Of a stretch of 64,000 bases of DNA, positions 1 through 11,692 are shown one piece after another. The position numbers and the translations under genes are program-made. The stretch's first letter is position 1. Each line of letters starts with the position of its first letter. The notes beneath the pieces were generated by a model. It did no database searches. It saw nothing but the letters and a program-made list of their open reading frames with translations, and was not told where the DNA came from. Origin of the DNA: Takakia lepidozioides (lineage: Eukaryota; Plantae; Bryophyta); assembly GCA_030704615.1 (NCBI GenBank), contig CM060732.1, forward strand, positions 37,448,001 to 37,512,000, read 5' to 3'.

Positions 1-2074
1 CAAAAACACCGTCAATATCCCTATGCATGCATGTGATATTGCACAATTGGTATGCGTTGCATTGTCACTTTCACGTAAATTTTTTTTGTGTAAGTCTTCG
101 TGGGTGGGGATATATGTAGGACCTGAAAAAAACCATCTTCTAGATCCCATGCATATTGAGAAGAATGTCTACTCGTCTTTTTTTCGGGTTCTTCATGGCA
201 CGCCGGCAAAGATTAGAGTGGCTGCAAAAGGAGATTCTCTCGGTGTTAGAAACGAGCTTGAGGAGCAGGGTCGCATGCGCCATCTCTTGGCCGAACAAAA
301 TGGTGTGGACCCAAAGGGTGTTGTACGGTGGAAGTATAGGCGCGCATCTTGGCAATGGACAAAGGAGGAATACAAGAAAGTAATAGCCACCATAAGTGCT
401 GTCCGAACACCAACTGGTTATGGGTCATCCCTCCGTACGAAGTTCAACAAAGAAGACGGGGTCCATGGTTTGAAGTCTCATGACTACCACAATCTATTGC
501 AAGACATCTTGCCCATTGCAGTACGTGGGACATTGACTCCTTAGGTTCGTGAGACAATCTATAGATTGGGAGGCTTGTTTCGGTGGATTCGCTCCAAAGA
601 GTTGGACGAAGCGGATTTTCCACGCATGAAGAAGGAGGCGGCGTAGGTAATGTGTATGTTGGAGATGCACCTTCCTCCCTCGTTCTTTGACATCCAAGTG
701 CACTTGGTAGTGCACTTAGTGCAAGAGGCTTCGATTGCCGGCCCCGTTCATTCTCGGTGGATGTACTTCCTTGAGCGTTGTATGAAGACTTTGAAAGGAT
801 TTGTAAGACAAATGTGCCCGGATGGTAGCATGGCGGAGGGGTATACGTTGCAAGAAGCTATGTTCTATTGCATGGAGTACATGACAAGGGTGGATGAGGA
901 AGCCCCTCGGATGTAGAAGGAAGGGGAGGATGCACGAACCAAAGACATCGTTTTGCCCAAAAAATCGAAGAGGGTAAAATTGCCGACCTTGGTGATTGAG
1001 CAAGCGCATGATTTCATACTGAAGAACACCCCATCCATACATGAGTGGGAGACAAGATACAATAATCTTGTTCAGCAATGAGAGGAGGAGACGCTTGCAT
1101 GGAGGTGGAACCATCAACGGCCGGTTACTAGACGCCCACGACGAGGAGCGGGCCGCCGTAATGTTCATTTACAAAATTTGCCCATGGAATTGCAGCCTCT
1201 AAGTTCATTCCAACAGTGGCTTCAGACTTCAGTTTATGACGCCGTTGCTGAAGGAGAGGTGCTTTCAGATTTGGTGCAAGATATTGCAAGGGGCCTCTCT
1301 CAATTCGCAACCTCATACACGGCGGTTTGGGTTCACGGTCGTCATTTCCGCATTCGTGCTCTTGACATGAAGCGCAAAACAACCTTTGATTCTAGCTTGT
1401 GTGCCACATATTGGCAAGACTCCGTGTGGGGCAAGGGAGATACACGACCTGCTATGAGCAAACTTGAGTACATTGGAGAGCTTGAGAGCATACTCCAACT
1501 TCAGTATACAAGGTACCAGCCTCTTCTCTTCAAGGGAAGGTGGTTCCAGCCACATCTTATGGGCCCCTCCGCAATATTAGTGTAAGATGATTGTGGTTTC
1601 ATGCGTGTCAATGCAGATAGGCTCAATCCTACTCATCGTCCCTCCGATGAGCCTTTTTCACGGCCTTCAGACATGGAGCAAGTTTTTTTCTCCGATGACA
1701 AAACAAGGGGGGGAAATTGGAAGGTGGTTATGCATGCTCAGCCAAGAGGAAGACGTATCTATCATGGTCTCAGATCTCCATGGGGTGAGGCAATTGCGGT
1801 GGACGGACAGACTGGTCATAATGATGATGATGATGGAGGTACGGTAGAGGGGGTAGAAGAGGATGATGACACCCCGGACAATGCATCCCGAACCCTATAT
1901 GATGAAGCTCCAGAAGATACGGATGTTGGAGAAGGAGACGAAGACACGACCATTAACAACGAGGTGGAGGATAATTCGGAGGTGCCTTTTGAGGGCCAGG
2001 CCATTTATGAAGATGACTCCGATGACAAAGAAGATGCGTCGCAATTTGCGACGCGTAGGGGTCGCAGGCAGTGA
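1..2074 (+). pseudogene. CACTA TnpD-type transposase C-terminal region (DUF4218 + DUF4216-like), decayed
   Basis: Motifs HGLKSHDYHNLLQDILPIAVR, LEMHLPPSFFDIQVHLVVHL...GPVHSRWMYFLER...GSMAEGY and DEPF...QVFFSDD...WKVV typical of En/Spm transposases. Broken by premature stops (e.g. 542-544, 914-916) and frameshifts; acidic tail. Confidence 0.9.
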
Positions 2075-2923
2075 CAGCAGGGCTTTCTAGGTTTAGGTTT
2101 AGGGCCTTTGGGGGTTCTTAGTTTTTTTTTTTTTTTTTCCATATGGTACTGGGGTAGGGTGTTTGTTTTTCTTTATGGTTTAGCTTGTTGTTGTGGACCT
2201 TCTTATAGATTGTGACATTCATTTTGATAATTCTCTTGATACCACACTGTATATGTTGCTCCAACATATTTATTGCCTGTGGTTTCTTTCTTGAAAGACT
2301 ACCAGCCACAGTCATATTTGATCAATCATAGAATTAAACTACAGTATGCATATACATGTACAATCAATCGAAGGGATGGGTACAGTTCAATGCGAGAATT
2401 GTTATGTAGCTTTGATTTTGTGTCTAATAAACTTGAACATCATCATCCGGAGCTTATTTATGAGGTCGGGGGTCGCAAACGGCGATGGCAAGCCGTCGCA
2501 AACTGTGACATGTTTTTTTATTTGGAAAGAATAGGGCAGCCGGGCTGTTTGCGACGCCCGGCCGTCGCAGGGGCTTTATGCCCTTCATGCCACCATGCGA
2601 CGGCCGGGTGTCGCAAGAAAGGGCTGCGATGAATGAAAGGGCAAGAAATGGCTGTTTTTTTTTTTTCGGCTTGCGACGACCGGCCGTCGCCAGAAAGGGT
2701 TGTCTTCTGCCCTTCGCTGGGGGCGACGCTTGGGCGTCACATGGAAGGGCTGCTTGCTGCCCTTCATCCGCCCGTGCGACAGCCAGGTGGCGACCCGCGG
2801 GGTTTGGCTGCGATGGCCCGGCATTGCAAACAGGCTCCGCGGGGTTGGCGTCACACGCTCGGCACCGCGCGTGGCGTGGGGGCGCGGCTGGCGTCGCAAA
2901 CCCCCTCCCCATTTGCTGTAGTG
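1..2923 (+). mobile_element. Right part of a CACTA (En/Spm) DNA transposon; left end outside the window
   Basis: Transposase remnant at 1-2074, GC-rich subterminal GTCGCA/TGCGAC repeats at ~2470-2900, and a right terminus ATTTGCTGTAGTG ending at 2923 (reverse complement CACTACAGCAAAT). Confidence 0.9.
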
Positions 2924-2974
2924 CTAGTCTCTTCCCCATGTTCTTCTAGACCACTTTGACTGCCAAGAACTTAG

Positions 2975-3570
2975 TTAAGTTGGTGAATTATTCCAGCCAC
3001 AAGGACTGCGATTTTATGGCAAGAAGGATATCCCGGACAATGTATCAAAAAATAAGGATATTGTCTTCAGGTTGCCCGCACATTGGGCAATTACAACATC
3101 CTCGTCCTCTTTGCATCTGCTTATTGTTCCAAGGTAGGCTGCCCACCCTGAGTTTAAATTTCAGTCTAGTGTCAATGGTCTTTCAGATCATCCTTAAGCT
3201 TCTCGCCCATGTCACAGACCGGAAACAAGGTCGGGGAACACTACAACAAATTTTGGGGGGGGGGGGGGGGGGGGTTTGCGACGTTAGTAGCGCCCCCACG
3301 CCCCGCGCGGCGCTGAGCCCGCGACGTTGAGCCCGCGGCGTTTTTTGCAACGCACCGGCGTCGCAATCCCCCGCTGCAACATCATTGCGACGCCCAGCCG
3401 TCACAAGGTGACATGAAAGGGGAAAGATGGCCCTCGCTGTGACGGATTTTTTTCTTACGACCCCCCAACGTCGTTTTGTTTTTTTTGGGTCGTTGCAACT
3501 GCTGAGCATCACTGAGGGCTCCCCAGCGCCTCTGCGACGCCAGGGCGTCGCAACAGCATCACCACAATTG

Positions 3571-3614
<44 letters not shown>

Positions 3615-4745
3615 AATTTATATAAATTTAAAAAATTTATTATTATTATTTTTAAATTTTAAATTTAATATTTTAATGGGGCTTTGCGGCCCTCAGCTTC
3701 ACAAAAGCGTCACTAAGGACGCCCCGCGCTGGGACGCCCAACGCTGCGATGCTAGGGGGTCACAACGGCGTCGTCACAGGGGCGCAATGGTATTGAAGTC
3801 AGCTTAGGTCATCACAAGGACGTCGCTTGGGGCGCCTGGAGGGGGGGGGGGGCAACAACGACGACGACGCTGGGGCTGGGGCTGGGCACTAAGGCTGTGG
3901 AGGTTGCAACTCCCCGACGTCACAAGAAGGACCCCCTTAGAAGGAACTTGAAGTAAATCTTCATATGTATATATATAGATTGCTTTTGTAATACATAGTT
4001 GTAGCGTAGGTGTGATGATTAGTATGTAGTGTCTTAGAAATGTTATAACGTGGAGGTCTTAGGTTCAAGTATGCATTGCATGATATATGTAGAACAATGA
4101 ACATATCGCCATTAAACAAAATCGGAGTCAATGGTCAACACCGGAGTCAATGGTTAATAAATTTTTGAAATTCAAATTTTAAATTCAAAATTTTCCGCCT
4201 AAATTTAAATGTACCCCCTTAAATTGCGACGTCTGGGCGTCGCACCCGGACGGTGTTAATTCTGCATTGCAGAGTAGGTTGTTTTTTTTTTTTTTTTTTT
4301 TTTTTTCCGTCGCCCGGACATCGCTAATCGTGTCGGCGTCGCTAATTGCGGTTTCGCTTTTTTGCAAATCCCATTGGTCGCAAATTTGCGACGTTTTTTT
4401 GGCGACGGGCTTGTGACACCCGGGCATCGTAATTTTGGTTCTTCCCCCCTCCCCGAAAAGGGTTGTTTTACGTCGTTGCGGCGTGGCTGCAACGTCGAAA
4501 ACCCCCCCTCTTTTCCTGTAGTGGAAGTCTTATGCATAACTTTATTTTCATCGGACAGTCTTTGGGCATCAGACATGCTCGGACACAACCACCTCCAGGA
4601 AACTAGTAGGGTCAATTCTTCAGTACTGATATACTTGACATTCTCTTCTACCCTTTTCTGCCAAGACTTGGGTTGCTAAACAAAACGGTTATGCTTCTAA
4701 GAAATAGCTTCGATTATCTTAGGGTATCTGGTATTAGGCATGCAA
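2975..4745 (-). mobile_element. Old RTE-like LINE ORF2 3' fragment, split by the CACTA insertion at 3239-4523
   Basis: 2975-3238 and 4527-4745 join across the GAA TSD and align by eye with ~35290-35800 (shared ttgtcttcaggttgccc, gtttaaatttcagtctagtg, cacagac.ggaaacaag, ttttcatc.gaca). Confidence 0.75.
3239..4523 (+). mobile_element. Complete non-autonomous CACTA element (1285 bp)
   Basis: Starts CACTACAACAAA at 3239 and ends TTTTCCTGTAGTG at 4523. Perfect 3-bp TSD GAA (3236-3238 / 4524-4526), GCGAC/GTCGC subterminal repeats at both ends, no coding capacity. Confidence 0.95.
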
Positions 4746-5111
4746 GAGCAATCGGGAGAGGGTACAACCTGTGTGCTACAATATCAAAGAAGATTTTCAC
4801 AACTTCACCTCTTAAGGACAATAGTAGTTTTTAAAACTTTCAATGTTTAGAGCTTCACTGTTTTCACATTTGAGATATGTGACAGTACAGAAATGATAGG
4901 GCCCAACACTATAGTAGAGGTAGCGTCATCTGCTTGTGCTTTTGTGAGTCAACATTAAATCCTAAACCCTAAATCGAATTTCGAAGACTAGTGAAGCATA
5001 GGTGGACGAACAAACAAAGCTAGAACAAGCTGAGTCTGATCCGAATCCAAAAACCTATGACTCTCAAGAACAGATTTGATGAAAAAGAGTTGCATGTCAC
5101 AACTTACATAC

Positions 5112-6165
5112 CTGCAACGACTCCGGCAAGTTGGAGAAATTTGACAAATTGCGAATCATACCAAGTAACTTTGCCATGAATGTAGGTGTCAAATCTGCAA
5201 TAGGATAATCTAGAAGGTCATGAAGTTTTGGACCGAGGAGAGCTCCTCCTCCACCACTACTTTGGGTTTGTTGTATAGCAGTAGAGAAACAGTAGGCTGC
5301 ATCATTGCGATTTTTTTCAACTGTGTAATATACTCAGATAACTCCATCCTCACGTTCAATATGAGGAATCTCAAAAAAGTAGCCCTTGTGGATAAGATCA
5401 TCATTGTACTCCAACTCAACATATCGCATACAATAATAGTTCCACTCTTTCTCATACCCAACCCAATTCTGAGCCTTGTGCTTACACTAACTGTGCCACA
5501 CGAGTTGTGCATAAGACACAACACCCAATCCATTATTGAATGGAAAAAAAGATATATTTTTATCTGAAATCTCCTTACCAACTTCCGAATTGTGCAGGTG
5601 ATAGCATAGCCTCATCTGTAGGCTCTCCACCACATCTCCACCTGCCAGCAACTTTGGATGACAACTTCTGAAGTTTTTCCATGACTCAAACTGATCCCGC
5701 CAAAATGCCATATATGTAGTAACATCTTCTTTCACCTTATTGACTACATCCTCCTTCTCAGGCAATACCTCCTCCCCCTTGAGGCGAAGCGTGGACCCCT
5801 TTTGAATATTGTAATCGCCCAAAGTTCGGCAATCGTCCAGCTCATTTCCGACAAAAATCAAACGCTGATGGTCAGGAGGTATGCCCTCCTTGTCTTTGAA
5901 TTTTAATCTTCATGTTACTGATGGTGTCAGAGCTCTCCACCTCCAAGGTGATGGTCTTCCCTGTCAACGTCTTGACAAAAATTTGCATGCCTCCCCTAAG
6001 ACGCAACACCGGATGCAAGGTGGACTCCTTTTGAATATTGTAATCGGCTAGGGTTCGGCCATCCTCCAACTGCTTACCGGCGAGGATATTATCGATGGTA
6101 TCAAAACTCTCCACCTCCAAGGTGATCGTCTTTCCTGCCCAACCGGTCTTCACAAAGATCTGCAT
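5112..6165 (-). pseudogene. Decayed tandem ubiquitin-ubiquitin fusion to an uncharacterised ~220-aa region
   Basis: ATG at 6165 gives Ub1 (MQIFVKT...LRLRGG, ~17-aa internal deletion). Ub2 starts at 5988 (frameshift near 5890) and ends STLRLKGEE without GG. The frame continues through two premature stops (TAG ~5487, TGA ~5335) to LPESLQ|GTATGT donor at 5112. Confidence 0.8.
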
Positions 6166-6652
6166 CTTGCAAGGATCTACAATCCCTCCACAGATAAACT
6201 TCAAAGCCTCAACGGATTGCCAGCGCAATTTCCTACGACAGATTTGTTCAAAACAATGATAAGCCTAAATCACACAAACTCGAGACACGAGAAAGCACGG
6301 AAAGCAACGTATAAGAGACACGAGACACGAAAAAGCAGGGAACAGAGACAACAACATATAAGGTAGGATAACCATGGCCGATAGCTACACAACTCGGAAT
6401 TTTCACTGTGGTAGAAAGCGAAGATTCTCATAGAGATTATTTTATCTACTGTCGAAAAAGTGAATATCATGTCAAATTTTTAAATATTTTTATATCCCAA
6501 AACTGATAGATATTAATTTTCAAAATTTATTTGTAGACTACCCTTTAGTTGGTTTTCATACCAGCCTGGTGCCAAGGTCTTAGGACTCTTTCAAACTCTT
6601 CAAAAAAATAAAAAATAAAAATAATAAAAATAAAAATATCCTTTAAATCATA

Positions 6653-7656
6653 TCAATATATGAATCGAGACGTTTGCTTTGTTTTGTTTTGTTGGCCCTA
6701 CCTTCTTAAGGCAGGACTATGCAAAGGGTTTCAGCTACTTTAACATCAATACTTTCAATTAGACTTCCAATTTGATCAAGATAGTTGCCACCAGAATATT
6801 TTGCACATATTTCTAATGAATGACATCCTCTAGATCAACAGTTTCATGGTCACAACCAGTTTTGTTTGGCCTTTAAGTCTAGAGTTCAACTTCTTGTGCA
6901 TGCCATAAATGAGGATATTAGATATTACCTTACGTGCCACCCAAGTGATTCAGGGCTCTGTTACCGCGATATTTATTAATAAACACTGTGTGATCTTCCA
7001 GATTTTTACTATCTATTCATAATTACTAGAGGACAGGGCTTGCATGAATTGCATGCATTTGCTTTTTTGTTTTGATTTGTTTTGTAGAGTTGAGATGTCC
7101 CAAACTGCGGGGCCCCACCCTGAATGCTTGGTACTGTTGGAAAGCCCTCGATGAGGAGGGGTGCACCGACTTGGTCTCATGATTATTGGACTTGCGGTGT
7201 GGGAGATGTGGAATTCCCAGTACTTTGGGTCACTGGAAATTCATGAATAATGGCAAAGTGGGCATTCCTGGGACAATGGTTGGAGCCTCGACATGAGAGA
7301 TATCAAGGGAAGGGTCTCCGGTTCAAATCTGGTCGTAGGCTCTGTGGAAAAAAATTGATGATAAATGGCTAAAACGAATTTCAAGTATTTTTGGTCGCTA
7401 GACAATGGTTGGAGCCTCGACAGGACGGATATCAAGGAAAAGGTCTCCAGTTCAAATCAGGTCGTAGATTTCGTAGTTAAAAAAAATGAATAGACTTGGA
7501 TGACTTAGATGACATTGGACACTTGGGCCAATGGCATAGACTACTCTGGAGGTCACACTTGGGCCTAGACATAGGAGATGCACTTGAATGCATAGGAGAT
7601 TGCACTTGGGCTTAGATGACCCTGGACACTTGGGCCAACAGCACAGGCTACCCTAG
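6653..7656 (+). mobile_element. Non-autonomous Helitron copy 1
   Basis: A|TCAATATATGAA 5' end shared with 7657 and 63206. 3' end is the hairpin CTTGGGCC-AAC-(A/G)GCACAGG followed by CTACCCTAG (CTAG 7653-7656). No TSD. Confidence 0.75.
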
Positions 7657-9113
7657 TCAATATACGAAGGAAGCTAGTTTGTTTGTTGGCTCTGTTCCGC
7701 AAGGGATAGAGGCATTGTGGAGACTTCTTGCCTAGGCGGAGCTAGGCAAAGAACGGAGAACTAGGCTTATCCATTTAGCCTAGAGAGAGAGAGAGCCTAG
7801 TCTTTAGAGGGTTGATGGGACCCGCAAGGGATAGAGGCATTGTGGAGGCATCTTTAGGGAGAGAACTAGGCTTATCCATTAAGCCTAGTCTATAGAGGGT
7901 TGATGGGAATGATTCATGAAGCCCTTGAAAAAGTATAAAACAACAACCACAAAATCACCAAAGGACAGAGTCTCTTGTGGCGGAGCTGCTTGTTTATTTT
8001 GTTTCGTTTTATTTTGTAGCATTGAGATCTCCCAAACCGCGGGGCCCAAGCCCTGGTGCCTGGTACCGTTGGAAAGCCGCTTGATGAGAAGGGGTGCATC
8101 GGCTTGGTCTCATGATTTTTGGATATGTGGTGTGGGAGATGTCGAATTTTAAGTACTTTTGGGTGCTGGAAATTTGGGAAAAATAGAAAAGTGGGTTTTC
8201 TTGGAACACCTCGATGGGAGATATATCAATAATGATTGGATATATTACTACTCAATAAATTCATGGAAAAAAAAAATTCGGGCCTTGATATGGGAGACGT
8301 ACTTGGATACATAGGAAATTGCACACTGGGCTTAGATGGGCCTTGACATGGGAGACGCACATGGGAGATGCCCTTGGATACATAGGAGACGCACTTGGAT
8401 ACATAGAGATTGCACTTGGGCTTAGATGGGCCTCGACATAGGAGACGCACTGGGATACATAGGAAATTGCACTTGGTCTTAGATTCAATTCTTCACACTT
8501 GGGCCAACGGCATAGACTACCCTAGAGGTCGCATTTGGGCCTTGACATAGGAGACTCACTTAGATACATATGAGATTGCTTAGATGACACTGGACACTTG
8601 GGCCAACGGCACACTACACCCTAGAGGTCGCATTTGGGCCTCAACATAGGATACGCACTTGGATACATAGGAGATTGCACTTGGGCTTAGATGACCCTGG
8701 ACACTTGGGCCAACGGCACATGCTACCCTAGAGGTCGCACTTGAGCCTCGACAATGGACATATGGGAGATATATCAATAATGATTGGATATATTACTACT
8801 CAATAAATTCACGGAAAAAAATAAACTGGTTTTTCAAATATATGATTGTATGTAACTCTTTCACCAAATTCTAATTTCTCAATTACATTAGATTGTCGCT
8901 CATTTTGTTCATGTTTACAATATTCTTTGAACATTAGTTCATTCATGTACCACACATTCTTTGTAACTAAACAAACATCCAACTTCTTTTAGTATATCGA
9001 TTTCAATTCTTGACACATGGGCCTCGACATATGAGACACACTTGGATATATAGGGATTACACTTGGACTTAGATGACACTGGACACTTGGGCCAACGACA
9101 TAGGCTACCCTAG
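7657..9113 (+). mobile_element. Non-autonomous Helitron copy 2, joined head-to-tail to copy 1, with tandem ~105-bp 3'-end repeats
   Basis: Begins TCAATATACGAAG immediately after the CTAG of copy 1. Internal hairpin+CTAG(A) units near 8525, 8624 and 8731. Terminal CTAG at 9110-9113 followed by T. Confidence 0.75.
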
Positions 9114-9187
9114 TTAAGAATGAAAGGCCGAGCCCAAAGAACACATAGTAAGGTTCAATAAAAAACAGGGAAAAAATAACCTTGTGG

Positions 9188-9587
9188 AGGCCATGAAGGC
9201 AGTAGGACAGGGATACCAAAAATGAAATGGTCGTTTGAGCTATTCAAACTGCCATTTGAATAGACCAAATTGGCTCATTCCAATATTCAAATGGTCATTT
9301 GAGTAGACCAAATGGCCCATTTCAATATTGAAATGGCCATTTGAATGGCCCAAATATGCCTCCATCCTCATTGAAGCGCCCTCTTGAAAACGCTCCATGT
9401 AGTTAGTATCCCTTAAAAACTACCCTAAACCCTACCCCTCCATCCTCTCCCTCAACCGGCGCATGCATGGTAGCGCATGCATGGTATTGGAGTGGTAGTG
9501 TGAGGAAGAAGACCAGATTAGTCTGGTTTGTGCCAGGGTTTTAGAAGTCCATGTATCCTGCCCTACCAGGGTATTGCATGGTCCTGC
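9188..9587. mobile_element. Candidate hAT-type MITE
   Basis: Imperfect terminal inverted repeats (aggccatg..gtaggacagggatac / gtatcctgccctac..catggtcct) and 7/8 flanking repeat CCTTGTGG/CCTTGTAG. Internal ccatttgaat-type repeats include the perfect palindrome CCATTTCAATATTGAAATGG. Confidence 0.4.
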
Positions 9588-11596
9588 CCTTGTAGGTACC
9601 CCACTGGTATCATACCATTAACCTGAAGTTGATAACCCGCACCTATATATCGGTCCAACACTGGTTTCGACAAAATCTCAATACCAAGCCCAAAAGGACA
9701 CCCAACTCTATCTTCAACCTCGGAACCCAACCCAATCTGGATACACTAACAGACACACCAGGCAACATCTCAACTGAACCGCTATGGAAAATGTTCGAGG
9801 CCCAATCCCACGTCAATAAACCAACTGTCCCCTGTGCTCGGATTCTGTGGACCACCCTCAACCATGCCAATGTGCAATTCGTCAATTTTCCCTCGCATGC
9901 GGTAAATGGCTTTGTTCTTGCATACCCAATGTCCTCTGGTGGCATTGAATTCTGCCCAAATCTGACTGCATCAATCATCACATTAACCTACACTGTCAGC
10001 AGTCAGCACTCTCCTACCTACCTAACTAATCCCTCCTCACTGTACATAATTCACAACCTTTGGTATGACCTCTGTTTGGTCTGCAATGTCAGAACTCATT
10101 AAAGTAACCCACCATGGGATTCATGTGGGCGAGGCCTATTATGCACTCTAGAGACAAGGCACAATGTACATGGAACATGACATTACAGAGGTTTTACTAG
10201 CCTCGTTTGCAACCCTGGGGACTCTCTTGTGCCAACCATCACATGGCAGGAGAGTGGTGAATGTTCCCTCCATCTTGACATGAGGACATGGATCCCCCCA
10301 CCCCTTCTATTTTCTGTGCCTAAGGAAGGCCTGTCCCCATGGGGGACGAAATCCAAAAGTCAGCCGCCACCCTCAGCTATACTGGATCAAGATAGTAATG
10401 GGCTGTTTGATATTGTGACCCTGCACCAAGATATGAGTCACAAGTCACAACATCAGGCGGCCTAAAATTGGCAATAGACCCTTGTCTTCCCTCTCCCACT
10501 CCTCTCAACTTGCCCTTCACATGCCAAAGGCGACACTCCATCCTTCATTGTAGTGACCTGAGATTAAATGCGGGATTGCCCATATTGGTCCACATGAGGG
10601 GAAGGCCCTTGGTGTGGGGCCTTCCTGGATTTGAGGGCCTCAAAGGGAGGGCGAATGTTTTGATGTAATTGCAGCCATCCCCGTTTAGATGTCCAATCAT
10701 CTTTACATCGGTCGGGACGGGACGACGGGACCCACTTGTGTCGAGAGTCGAGACGATCGAGTCGGTGGGGCAACACATAACATAACGGAACAGATTTGCA
10801 GTCTTGGGAATTGAAATGAAGCAACAGTGCAGGATTGTAGCAAAATGCGGAGGTGGACGCTGAAAAACTGGCCAAGTTGTTGGGGTGATATAAGTAAGTA
10901 AGACTAAGTTACGGAGTCGCAGTGTTGCAGTGTCAAAGAAGCCAAAGTCTCTCTCTCGTGTCTGCGCGAGCTGCAGCAGCAGCAGGCTGCAGCTCTCTGC
11001 CATTGTTCGCACGTGCCGGACTTCCTTTCCCAATTCCTCGTCTGTCGCCTTGGCTTGCTGTGGCGGTGGAGCTTGGGAACCGCAGTGTGGCAGCGGGCCT
11101 GCTTGTCTCACAATGCTGCCAATATTCCGATGGCAGTTTGTGTGGGCATTAATAGCAGTGTAAGAAGTAGCAGCTGGGCTTGCAAGGATGGCAAGCTTGC
11201 TGTTGCTATGCACGAAATGTTCGGCTTCAGGCGGTAGAAGGTAAGGGTTTGAATAGCGTAGGTGGAGACGGACAGGAGGAGTACTATGCTTGTGCCAGGC
11301 ATTGACAATCTGCTGGTGAGAGTGGCAAGGAAGAAGGTTACTGCCTGCCCAAGTGTGGAGGTCAAGGGATAAGGTTTACTCAGCTGAGCTTATGCAGTGT
11401 TGCAATACCTCTTGCACCCAAACATCCTCTTCCACCAGCTCAATTTTTTTCATCAACTGCAGCAGCACTTTTTGTTTGTGGCGCAGCAGACCGCTGGAAG
11501 CAGTTCGAAGTGAAGATGCGTTCAGGTTCCTGTCCTGATGGTGCTACATTGGTTTTCTTCGGATGGATGTCGATACAAGTTCCCTCCAGGTGCTCT

Positions 11597-11677
11597 ATGG
11601 AGTCAGATAGGCAGCGATATGCGCGGATTGGCGTCATCGAAGTAAAGGGCTTCCGGAGGATGCTGGAGAGCGCCTGA
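11597..11677 (+). promoter_or_regulatory. 26-aa upstream ORF in frame with the BPP-like start codon
   Basis: ATG 11597 encodes MESDRQRYARIGVIEVKGFRRMLESA, stop TGA-C at 11675-11677, 15 nt before ATG 11693 in the same frame. It follows a CCAG acceptor at 11589. Confidence 0.45.
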
Positions 11678-11692
11678 CACAGGGACATCAGA

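Noticed and set aside
2454-4679. Many overlapping 60-160 aa ORFs on both strands
   Set aside because: By-products of GC-rich CACTA subterminal repeats and poly-T runs; no protein motifs.
7500-9113. Regularly recurring CACTTGGGC repeats resembling a CRISPR array
   Set aside because: The intervening sequences are themselves repeats rather than unique spacers, there are no cas genes, and the context is eukaryotic. Explained as Helitron 3'-end reiteration.
10545-11213. 222-aa minus-strand ORF
   Set aside because: Overlaps the GC-rich promoter/5'UTR of the BPP-like gene; no recognisable domain or splice support.
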